From: Perkinsus olseni
Taxonomy: Eukaryota
Assembly: GCA_013115125.1 (NCBI GenBank)
Contig: JABANN010000049.1
Coordinates: 1 to 64,000 of the forward strand
Length of the DNA: 64,000 nt
Direction of reading: 5' to 3'
Shown here: positions 1 through 11,016 of the stretch, one piece after another
Layout of the letters: every line of letters begins with the position of its first letter
How positions within the stretch are numbered: position 1 is the first letter of the stretch
Notes under the pieces: generated by a model
What the model was told of the DNA's origin: nothing
Databases searched by the model: none
The model's input: only the letters and a program-made list of their open reading frames with translations
Made by a program: the position numbers and the translations under genes

Positions 1-72
<72 letters not shown>

Positions 73-93
73 CAACAACAACAACAACAACAA
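1..93. repeat. (ACA)n microsatellite running off the window start
   Basis: About 30 near-perfect ACA units with one slip near position 72. Confidence 0.97.
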
Positions 94-178
94 CGGTCTG
101 ACAAAACACAAATAATTGTATAAAAGGATATACGAGCTCACCATGGAGTGGCGATGCAATCACGATGGGGGCAAGCGG

Positions 179-1108
179 CTAAATTCGGACTACAGTGACG
201 GTCTGCGGAGGCGTCTTTATGGGCCCTTCTTCCTCGCCGAAGACGCCTCCCTCCTCCTCCCCTTCGTCGTCATCCTGGTGAGCAGCATATGAATTAGGCC
301 GTCTTTTTCTGAGAACTGATAACAGATAAAGATCGTATACCATTGGCACAACAGCAATGAGGAGGGCCACCCACAGGCCAATCGTAGCGCCCAAGGCATA
401 GTGGCTGACTTCATCCACGACCGAAGCGTTGCTAGCGCACCACCCCTCAGCAGCTGCTTGGCTTCTCCTCATACCAGTCGTTAGTATCGTCTCGTCCATG
501 CAGTCAGTGAACGTCGCCGCTGCAGACACCCCAGTTGTCTGATAGTTTCCTTCTACCATCCACGCGTTCATCTGTTTCTCCACCTTATCCGAGTTAGCAC
601 ACTTGACACTCGAACAGGACACTGTTGTGTTCCCCACGTCACAGGAGACGTCACAGCCTTGGTCGTTCCAAACTTCACCGAAACCCCACCTAATATGGTC
701 ATAAACGCTCCAATCAGCGTTGTGTATGTAGTCTATCTCGTAGGCCGACTTATGCGTGAGATTGGTCGTAGTAGCGTAGTACACTGACGAACCGCAGGCG
801 ATGATGACCAGGGCGAAGCAGACCCCGGCCCAGCACATCCAGGTGAACATCAGCAGTACCGAATGGCGCCTGTTGAGCTCGAAGAATTCAACCACCGACA
901 GTATCATCATAGCGAAGCCCATGAACAGGGCAATCCAAACATACCAAACTTGCATCAGGCGCCTGAACTTGGCCTGCAAGTACCAGATGGCGATGCCCGC
1001 CACTACTCCACCTGCAGCAAAAACTAGGGCGTTGTAGAGGAGAATGCCAATTTGCCGCGGAGATGTTGACGACGGCGATTTATCTTCTGAGAGGTCGCGA
1101 ATTTCCAT
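179..1108 (-). CDS. Tetraspanin-like four-TM protein, intronless (copy 1)
   Basis: Open ORF. Three clustered hydrophobic helices, a large loop with 6 Cys, then a fourth TM. Ends VTVVRI. Start taken at MEIRD (1108). Clear paralogue of 1898..2731. Confidence 0.75.
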   Translation of the reverse strand: MEIRDLSEDKSPSSTSPRQIGILLYNALVFAAGGVVAGIAIWYLQAKFRRLMQVWYVWIALFMGFAMMILSVVEFFELNRRHSVLLMFTWMCWAGVCFALVIIACGSSVYYATTTNLTHKSAYEIDYIHNADWSVYDHIRWGFGEVWNDQGCDVSCDVGNTTVSCSSVKCANSDKVEKQMNAWMVEGNYQTTGVSAAATFTDCMDETILTTGMRRSQAAAEGWCASNASVVDEVSHYALGATIGLWVALLIAVVPMVYDLYLLSVLRKRRPNSYAAHQDDDEGEEEGGVFGEEEGPIKTPPQTVTVVRI

Positions 1109-1897
1109 AGAAGCTAGAACTGATTGAACTGAAACGACGACGGATATTGCCCCACGCGTACTACTATCGCAATACGGGACGCTAGCCATGGCGGCCCAGG
1201 GCGTCATGAACGTAGCTCCTCTGATGGAAGTACACTTCTTCTGTTGATTGAAGCGCTGCCAATAGGTGACAGCCCCTCCGTCATTACCGGCACTCAAAGC
1301 CCACTGAAGCCGAAATGACGGTCCGAAGTAAGTCCCACCAATTAGCAGCCATGCTTAACTGACAGACTGTCGATCCAGACCTCTCGAGCGAACCAATGTC
1401 TACAGGAAAAATTACAAACTTCATTGGCTTGTCTCCATGACTAGGTCAAATCTCATCACGAAGGATTACATTGTGAACTGAGCTAGTCCGCATTCACGGA
1501 TTCCACCAGCCCACCATATCAATGCAAACAATGTCCGTTAACCTAAGAGATTACTGGAAGATTTTCCCGCTCGAGATCCGCACAACATTGGTCAACTTTA
1601 GCCACCACCCGGGTCACTCAAACACCACAGATCACTAGCCGTCCTGGATAAGACACGACTACACGGTTTTCTTAACTTCAACAGAATCACGGTTCCGTAG
1701 TCAAGAGAAATAATAGATATTCAACTAGCAGGCATCCATGACGGACAACTCGGAGGACTGCCATGAGCAAATAACAAAGTCAACGTTACATCAGCGCTGA
1801 CTGGAAGATACGATTTAGGTTGAAGCATACAAGATACAAAAAGATACGCTCAACCACGATACGAGAAAGATATTGCTCAAAGAAATACAAAACAAGA

Positions 1898-2731
1898 TTA
1901 TACTCTCACGACTGTGACGCCATTCATTGGCGGAGTTTGTACTACGTCCGTCTTAGGCGAAACGACAACAGCCTTCCTCTGGGAATGAGACCACATCAAC
2001 ACACAGTTACCAATAGCCATGAACAACGTGAAGGCAACGATGACCCACAAGACGATCATAGTTCCCAGGGCCCAATCCCAGAACCATTTGATAGCATAGG
2101 TATTGCTGGCGCACCAGGCCTCAGCGGCTGTCTCATCTTTGTCGTCCTCGACTGCCGAGGCGACACAGACCTTGAAGGTGGCAACGTCAGTCGTCCACCA
2201 GTGAGGGCCGATCCAACCGTCGAGCCTGTCTTCGATCTCCTCGGTCTCACAAGTGATAGAGCCACAGCTGAGTTCATCGCCACTGATGTTGCAGTCGACA
2301 TTGCAGTCATCACCAGTGAACACAGCAATGTAGCCGTTTCGGATTTGCTTGTAGACAGTCTCATCGTTACCACTGACTTCATTTAGCTCTTTCGAGGTCA
2401 TGCCCTTGAGGTTATCGGTACCAGTGAAAAAGATGGTAGAGGCTATAGCAGCAATAGCGAAGAGAACGAACAATACAGTTGCTGCGATCCACAGGAAAGA
2501 CAACACACACTTGTTCTGCTTCAACGAGCCATAGCAACCCACGAACGACAGCAGAGCCACCAGGATACCGGTGACAACAGCAATCCAGACCCACCACTCG
2601 GGGACCCAATCGTTGTAGTCACTGACGAGGTACCATATACCCATACCAGCGACGAAGCCTCCGATGACGAAGAGAAGGAAGCAGAAGACGATGTTAGCTG
2701 ACTTGCCGAGACATCTGCAGCAACTTGCCAT
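1898..2731 (-). CDS. Tetraspanin-like protein, intronless (copy 2)
   Basis: MASCCRC start. TM2/TM3 region LSFVGCYGSLKQNKCVL matches the tetraspanin GC.G....N.C.L signature. 6-Cys large loop, TM4, ends VTVVRV. Confidence 0.85.
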   Translation of the reverse strand: MASCCRCLGKSANIVFCFLLFVIGGFVAGMGIWYLVSDYNDWVPEWWVWIAVVTGILVALLSFVGCYGSLKQNKCVLSFLWIAATVLFVLFAIAAIASTIFFTGTDNLKGMTSKELNEVSGNDETVYKQIRNGYIAVFTGDDCNVDCNISGDELSCGSITCETEEIEDRLDGWIGPHWWTTDVATFKVCVASAVEDDKDETAAEAWCASNTYAIKWFWDWALGTMIVLWVIVAFTLFMAIGNCVLMWSHSQRKAVVVSPKTDVVQTPPMNGVTVVRV

Positions 2732-4768
2732 TGCAGCGGAGTTGTAGGAATTCAAACGAGAGGAACTGGATTGAATAAGAATTAGCGGAGCACTCGGAGG
2801 AGGGAGACAACTAGCCGACACAGGCAGACAGGAAACACAACTGTCTCTCTGAGGCATGAATGGAAGCGAAAGCCTCTCGCGGGGTCGACACTCTCACGGT
2901 CGCTCCAAGCGGCATAAGAACGCAGTGTCCCTGACGAGCATGACGATGTCCTTCAGCATGCGATACGAAATTCAGAGAAAGGCCGTCCTTTTCGCGTGTT
3001 GCCTGACATCGATCACAATCTATGAAGCTGATGGTGGTGAGCTTTGGATGTCTGCTCCCCCACACTCTTGCCGCCTCCGAGGTCTTTCAGCTGTTACCAA
3101 CGACAGTTGGCACACTTTCCATGCTCATAGGAGAATCGGTATTGTATCCAGACCTCATGACCTCGCCTCACACCCCTGACTGCGCAGCTACAAGCAGCGC
3201 CACAACCCTGCAACGTTGTTACTGTATTCAGACAGTGGCAACTGGGTGCTCATCACTTGCTGCTAACGATCCTCTAAAACAAAACCTACCTGAATTCACC
3301 GCGAGATTCCGACGTGGCTTTCGTGTACGCTTTCGAACTCCCAATACTCCGGGAGCTTCTGATGGTCCGTTGCATTAAGTCGGATAGGAGCTGCGATCGC
3401 AACTACTCGGAATTAAGCCGAGATCAACGACACGACTAACAACGCTCCCATCTCATGCCGCCTAAAACCAGACTTGGGATGGCCGGCACACAATGCCGAG
3501 TAGTACTATAAACTCAAAACCCTGAGAATAGAGAGAGAGGACATATAAGCGAACAGCGTAACCTCGATAGTGGCAGAGGAACCAGACAACAAGCATCATT
3601 TACAGCAACATCATCATCATCTTCCACTACTGAGCACGGAGATTGACCATCATCAGTCAACATCAAATGTGACGTTGTAAAAGACCAACAGAACCACAAC
3701 AACACCATCTTCAACAAAACCTCTCCGCTCCACAGGCAAACAACCATTTACGCCATTATCAAAACCCCCTCCACCATCACGCAGTTGAGTGTGACGATGA
3801 CGATGATCAATCTAGTTAGCTCAGCTAGTTAGCGTCGAGAACGAGAATATGCTAACCTCAAAAGCCGCCCACCATTTTGGGGCAGCGCCTGCTAACGACA
3901 AAATAACAGGGAAGACAACGATGTGTAGTTGCAAGAGGGAGAAAGATGCAATCAACCAACTTCTCTACACACTGGGCAAAAAGCCGAAAACCAAACAATT
4001 AGTGAAAACTGTCGATACCTCAGCATCAGCAGCAGCAGCAGTACGACAATCGTTCGGTCACAGTGGCTCATAGCCCAATGTCTGGTCACCAGACTCTGGC
4101 GGAAACAGCTCAGCGACTCGACAAGCAAACTTGACACAGAGATGAAGAACCAAAGGGAAAAGTAGCAGAATCGAAAGGCTAATAGTAGTAGTAGATAGCA
4201 CACCATAACAAGGTGGGTTGTGAGACTAACAAGGCCTCTTCTACTGAATGGTGGTAGATGCAACTGGTATTATCGTGATGATGATGACGACGACTACTAT
4301 TACGATAAGTATGATGATAGAAACTACGACTGGAGGTGAACAACACAGCCATAATAATACGACAACGAAGACGACAAGAGGGTAGGGAGAACCCTATCAT
4401 GATCAGCAGTGACAGTAACGACTATTTTTATCCGACGGCAACAACCCGCACTGCCGAGGGGCTTCAACAACAGTGGGGGAAAAATGCCGTGGTCACTATT
4501 AGTATTATTAATAGTATAAAGATTGTGAATGGTGATAGTTGGAAATACGGCTGTGTGACCCTCTTAAGAGCGCTCGCGGAGGAAATAATAAGAATCGAGG
4601 CGCCCTTTTCCAACTATACCGGATGGGTAATGCGAGGGGAGGAAGACGACTACTGCAGTAGTGGTGGTGGTGAGTGGAGGAAATAAGAAGAATACAAACA
4701 GAAATACACGCTTAACTAAATATCATTATCACCATCATCATCATCATCGTCATCACAGAGGTCTCACG

Positions 4769-7160
4769 TTACATTGATGATGTACCATCAGCATCAGCAT
4801 CAGCACCATCAACATCATCATCATGATCATCACTGTCCTTGTTTTGGGGATGAAGAGACCCGAAGCACTTCACAACAGCCTTACTCATGCTGTGGCAAAA
4901 AGATTTTACCCCTCTTACAAGAGGCTTCAAGCAGAATATTATACCCCGCTTCACATTACCGGCAGCTCGATACACATCCTCCTTAACGCAATAAAAGCAG
5001 AGGCTGGCGTACAAGTACGCTACGATGCCAATGATGGCCCAAGCGTACCTGAGTGGGAATAGCAAAACATGAGGCAACCCAGGGCTGATGGAAGGATGGA
5101 GAACCGCTCGACCAGCAACCATACTTACCATGGCCAGTCCAAGGGTACTATTGTAGTGACGATCAGGTACACGTTGATTGCCAAGATCAGAATAGCAACC
5201 AGCCAAAGGACGGCCTTCCACCAACGATTGACGGCGAATCTGACAGACACATAGTGAATACTCCAAAGGACCAGCTCGACTAGAAATGGCCCTCGGACCC
5301 TTGGCGCACAGAGGCATTCCCACTGGCAGAGCGAATGATGCTTCCGTGCGGCACGGTGGAGTCCCACCTCAGACGTATGAGCCATCCCCTACTTACGTTC
5401 CCATAACCTTCTTGCTCATCGCAAAGTGTAGCAAAGGTAGCAGAGCGAAGGGCAGCTGGATAGACTGCAGAATATTCAACCAAGCGTTGACACCGTTCAT
5501 ACCAGAGATCTCACTCTGATCAGCACAGCCGATATGCACAGTCCTTAAAACACAGCCGTTAATACTACCTCCAGAAGTGCAATGGCCAGAGCTGGCCCCA
5601 GAGCGATGGTCCGAGTCAAGAGTACTCGTACCCACATTGAGATACGAATATGCATGAAGCCTTCCATGACGTATTGCCCAGCCATCGTTCCCGTCAGGGT
5701 ACTTGCTTGGCCAGCAGCCAACACACCCACAGCGAAGATGTACTTCATGGCATCGGAGGAGCTGCCGAGAGGAGGTTGTGGAGTAAGCAGCCCCCCAAGG
5801 GGCCCCGCAGTAAGATTCTGGTTCTTACATGACAGCTCCTAAAGCTTCTGCTGCGTTCTCCAGTCCAACCATCGCGCATACTCCCGTCTCGCCGTAACCT
5901 GTAGTACAGTGGCAAGCAGGGTCTGCCGGATCACAGGTGCCCGTGCTCCAATCTGAAACGACGGAGCGTCACGGGTTGTTACTACTGAAGATGAGGAGTT
6001 GTTACCTTGGGGGCTGCTGAGACATGCCAGGGGTCCATTGGACATCCTGGCGCAATGGACTGAGAACATACCGTAAGCGAAGGAGCAAACAACAGCCATG
6101 TTGATGATAAAAGACACCAGAATCGACGAGCACGCATCGAGCGTCAGGTACCTAAGCGAGGACCCTTCCTGCAAGAAACAACGGCAGAATTCGCTCACTT
6201 GTTGGCCTGTCTAACAAACTCATGATTGTTTTTGTCGATCTTCCTAGACTGAACCAGTGCAGAGTGAAGGTAAAGATTGTGAGGCATAATAACAGCACCA
6301 ACAATACCAACCAGTTGCATAATGGCGTAGCTAGAGACCTCCGGTATGAACCCCTTGGCCACTTCGACAGCCGGCGGGGAGGTTATGGCCATGTTAGCGA
6401 AGAAGCAGCCCATCATAATCATAATGAGGGTGAAGATGAAGGCCTCCATCACCCTCATGCCATGGAAGATTTGTATGAACAAAAATGTAAGGGTATCAGC
6501 AGCAGTGATGAGCACACCAATCCACATATCAATACCGAAGAGGACGTGAAAAGCAGTAGCAGTACCGACCACCTCCTGAATGTCCGAACCGATGATTGCG
6601 ATTTCAGTCATGATCCACAGGATGTTCGACACTTTACGAGAATATCCTCGACGACAATTCTCAGCCAAACTCTCGCCAGTGGCTGCACCAACACGACATG
6701 CGCATATCTGTAGCAATAGACCAGCGATGTGAGCAAGTAACAGGACCCAGAGCATTTGGAAGCCCGTGAAAGCGCCAGCCTGAAGATCGGCCTCGAGGTT
6801 GCCTGGATCAAGATACGCCAAGGACATGAGCCAACCAGGGCCAGTGTACTTGAAGAAAGTCCGGAAGGAGAATTTAACACCCGGGGGATCTATGGGCAAA
6901 TCAACTCGATGACCCTCTCTAATTAGAGGACCGGGCTCTTCCTTCTCGGACTCTCTCGGCGAGCCGGAAGCCTCAGTATTATCATCAGCACCAGCAACAT
7001 TCACAACAGAGTCGGCCGAGAAACTACTGCTACTCGTGGGTGATGATAATGACTCGTCATGGCAGACTTTACCATCGTCATCATCATCGACCGGTCCCAC
7101 CAAGCTGGGTGGAGGCAAACGCTTCGGGGCTGGGACATCACCACCGACTGTACTGGACAT
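4769..7160 (-). CDS. NRAMP/SLC11 divalent metal transporter (copy 1), multi-exon
   Basis: Motifs [54 protein letters not shown] and [14 protein letters not shown] across GT-AG separated exons. Confidence 0.96.
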
Positions 7161-7175
7161 GACCTCTGATGCAAG

Positions 7176-7209
7176 AAAAGAAGAAGAAGAAGAAGAAGAA
7201 GAAGAAGAA
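7176..7209. repeat. (GAA)n/(TTC)n microsatellite just upstream of NRAMP copy 1
   Basis: Direct triplet repeat. On the minus strand it is a pyrimidine tract ending shortly before an AG 5 nt upstream of the ATG. Confidence 0.9.
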
Positions 7210-7671
7210 ACTAAACAGAATCCCACTTCTCATCGCAGAGAAATATGTCGTATCCTGAGGTTGAACCCTGCACCGTATCTTAGAGGTCGGACCTCGGATT
7301 TGTCGCAACTAGCTGCAATTGGCTGGCACAACGACGGAGACAGGTCTTCCCTCGTGGAAGTCCACCAACCATCCTCATCACCGCGCCACAAAATAAGGGA
7401 CACTTAGCAGCCAGCGCAGCCTTTCAGATACTGGCTATCGGACAGAACTTAAGAAAAGCGCGCGCCATTTTGATCGATTTCGATGAGAGCCGTAGGGTAC
7501 CCAGCCCTGAAGCTGTCGCTGCTGCCCTCACATAGAGAGAACCCTATTCAACTTAACTCAACCGTTGCTGGGCTTACCAATGCTCACACATAAACGATTA
7601 AATAACGTCAGCCGCATACTACCAGGTGGAATCTTAGGTCCACCCATGCCTTTGGTAAATCAGAACAGTAA

Positions 7672-9342
7672 CTACTCCTCCTCGTCAGAGCTCGACCCGG
7701 GCTCCGACATCTCGCTTTCATCCTCTGACACTTTCCGCACTATTCCGTGTTCATCTCGGTCGTACATGAACTTCTTAACTTGCGCCCTGTTACTCGTATC
7801 ATAAACATAAAATTTTGCATGCTTGTGCCTGACGCCCACAACAGCAGCAACAAGTGATGACCATCAATCGCTAACAACAGCAATGAGTATTACTCCTTAG
7901 TCATATCATTAGCTAGGAAATCCGAAATGGCCTTCACGTTATGACGATCATCATCCGACATCCCGAAAGTGAGGTCAGTGTAGGACATGTTACACATGAT
8001 TTTACTACCCTTCCGTCGCAGCATTCGTAGCTGCCGTGCTTCCGACGCCACTGAGTCTAAGAAGGAACCAGTCCGAAGCTCCCAGCGATGAGAATGTGTC
8101 CTTGTATCAACATGATTAGTGTGATTGACAAGGCGCTGCGTTGACATAGATATGTACAGCATGCAAGCCGCACTTACTCTGGCTTACAACGACATCATGC
8201 CTGCGCTGAGTCCTACGCAACGCCGCCAGCCCACGAGTAGTACCCGATCTTTGCGTCCTCGGCAGCCTGACTTCCTCATCTTCTGCCTCTTCGCTGCTGT
8301 CCAGAGCTTCATTCAACGTGATGATGCGCTGAATTCTCTCCACCGAGCTGTCTATGAACTGCCGCATCGCGATCTGCTTCGCCTCCTCACTCGGAAGATT
8401 CCCGTACAGCTCTCGGAACTCATTAGACGATACCGTAGCAAACTCACATAACGATATGTATCTAAAAAGATACCAATTTCGAAAGGTTGAAGATAGTAAG
8501 ATACGCCTACTTGTCCAGAGACATCGGTTTCGTCCCGTGAACTCTCCCATACCAGTCAAGATGCTTGTACCTGCCGAAGAACGATTACAAGGAACCCCAT
8601 TCCTGCTTGCCATCCCTACATCCTCGCAATTTCGTCTTCATCCAGTATAGTGGGAATGAGTCGGAGGACGCTTCTCCTCACCACTTCAGCCGGATGACCG
8701 CGCGCCGTGATAATAGCAAACAGCCGTGCATGCGCTAAGCACTCCTTGAATGACTTATACGACGGACCGAAGCAGCCTGAAAAAGCAAAGCGATAGTCCA
8801 ACCCTGGTTCGATCCCTCCCACCTACCTTTTTCAATGGCTTCCAAAGCGTCCCTATAAAAGAGGTCGCCTTCATCGTGCATGTCTGCGAAGGTCTCAGCC
8901 CAGTCACCATTCCGGGGCTTCATCCTCGAAGAGCCTCGAAGCTTCGCGAACTCTGACGAAATGACAACTCATCGAATACAGTAGCAGCTGAGCCGAGGGG
9001 CTCCTTGAAGATTCGCGTTATAACTCCGGCTGTACGTCTCGAGAATCTACGAAACTTTGGCGTCGCTTTTTCTACGGTATTGAGCCTGCCTGATGCCTGA
9101 CCCACACACTCATTCTGCGGCGGTGGAAACACTCTCAGAGTCACTCGCACCGACGTGAAGCATCCTTAACGAGCCGAATCATTTTCTTCCCCAGGCCGCC
9201 GTCTCAGCGAAGCGAGGTTGAGTAAGAGCTTCTTACCCTGGGTGGTGATGTCCCGCGGCTCTCCGTCCACTTCGACATGCACCTTAGTCGGCATAAAGAG
9301 GATATTATCATCCCAGTCGAACATGTAGAATCTTAGCTTCAT
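7672..9342 (-). CDS. HAD-superfamily-like protein of the FDWDDN type, multi-exon
   Basis: Spliced translation MKLRFYMFDWDDNILFMPTKV...FGPSYKSFKECL...FAIITARGH...TFGMSDDDRHNV...FYVYDT...SSSDEEE*. Shows HAD motif I (DxD), motif II (T) and motif IV (SDDD). Confidence 0.8.
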
Positions 9343-9491
9343 TTTCGGTAGTTAGAAGAACAATAACAAAACCGCTAATAGATGTCTCGTCTTCTATTGC
9401 CAGCTTTGCGCAGCAATTTCGTGGCGCGCGACACAAGAAGAGGCGCAGGTTCGATCCCACCACTCGTCATCATCCCTAACAGTAAGCTGTA

Positions 9492-10556
9492 CTATGAAAC
9501 CCGCATTTGTCCGAGGAAGACCACACAACGAGTACCAGACCCGACCTCAGGATCCTCATACTCTACAGTAGAAACGTTATCAAGCCGTGGCAAAAGTACG
9601 TTCTGAACGAAGCTGCGGTCGTCACCGGTACGGGGCTGATAGGCGATCGCAACTTTGATGCTCTTGTCTTGCCGAAGTGCCGCAAAGGCTTTCAAGGAGC
9701 ATAAAAACGGATCGAAAAGATGAGGATGGTAGAGGACATCTGTCGCCAGGATCAGGTCTGGTGGATTGGCTTGAAACTGATCGACTGGAGCACCCCAGGA
9801 ATAGGGCACCACTGCAACCCGATCGTTCAGGTTGTTGTAATCGACGTTCTCCTTAGCGAGGGGTATGCACTCGGACAGGTCAGTCAGGGTCATCCTCAAG
9901 TCCGGCTTCATTTTAGCCAGCATTAACCCCGCCACTCCTACACCACAGCCCAGCTCAACACCTGGACCACAACAACAGTGAGTACCTTGAGATTCTCGAG
10001 ACAGCAGTCTCTTACCATTCACGCGGCTCTGGAAGAAGTGATCTAGTTCCTCGTAGCGACCGTGGCTGCCCAACATCGTCGCAAATTTATCACCACTCGC
10101 CCAGCGTTGTGTGCCTGACGAAGAACGGTGAACGGACATCCCCTACACGAACTACCTGCCTAACGCTTTGCCCTTCAGTTCCTTAAGCCAAAGGCCCTCA
10201 TCCCCATACTTTGCGAATGCCTTCTTCGAATGGCTCTGAGGTAGAAGTAATAACACCGCCGTTCTACCCAACTTTCTGAGCTGCTCAGTAGATAAATACT
10301 GAGATCTCGGCACTCATCGAGAGGTGTAGTATGAAATTTTACGGTTACATCCAGTAGAGCACTAAAGAGTATCCCTATACGTCTCCCAACCTCGTCACTC
10401 GTCACAGCAGGAGCTAGCGGCCAGAAAAAGCGGATACTCTGAGATTACTTGGACGACCGTCTACTCGTAGATCCTCACCTCTATCCGAGCTAAGCGCTCC
10501 TGGTGCAGTTCCCTGAGCATCCTATTCTGCACAGTGTAGTTATCAGGGTTTGCCAT
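9492..10556 (-). CDS. SAM-dependent methyltransferase, METTL21/Methyltransf_16-like, multi-exon
   Basis: ELGCGVGVAGL (motif I), LTDL (post-I), YSWG, DLILATDVLY (DxxY motif). The 5' exons and start are less certain. Confidence 0.85.
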
Positions 10557-11016
10557 GGTTCCATCAACAACAACTTCTTTCGAAAGGAACACAACAATCC
10601 CTTTTCCAAGTACCGGAGCTCTCGAAGACCGGCGTTCATCAGAAAAACTCAACGCCGTTCCAATGCACTTGACGACAAAATGAGCATGCATGAGCCTACA
10701 AGCCAGCAGTGATCGTGTACCACATCAAGGGGTCATCCCGTAGAAGGGCGACATCCAAGCCCTCAGGCTTGCTTGGCTGTGCTAAGGCTAGAGACTACGA
10801 GATCACCGCGAGTGCCGGCCCTCCGTAGGCGCTGTTCCTGCGAAGCCCTATCTACTAGATACTATGTAGTTAACCCAACTTGAACTCGAGCAGCAACGTG
10901 GCTCGACAGCAACAACCATGCAAGCAATGGTGACATGTAGCTAGACACATGATGAACAGCAAGGCAGTCCGAATAGAAATCGGCCAGTTTAACTACACCA
11001 AGCCAGAGTACCATGA

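Noticed and set aside
1-93. Terminal repeat as a telomere
   Set aside because: It is a simple ACA triplet, not a TTTAGGG/TTAGGG-type repeat, and lies in a gene's 3' flank.
3500-4760. Short ORFs between tetraspanin and NRAMP
   Set aside because: Low-complexity triplet-rich sequence with no coherent exon chain or motif; probably UTR or intergenic.
6780-6890. High nucleotide identity with 25010-25120 as recent conversion between NRAMP copies
   Set aside because: Confined to the most conserved coding motif ([15 protein letters not shown]), with silent differences; purifying selection explains it.
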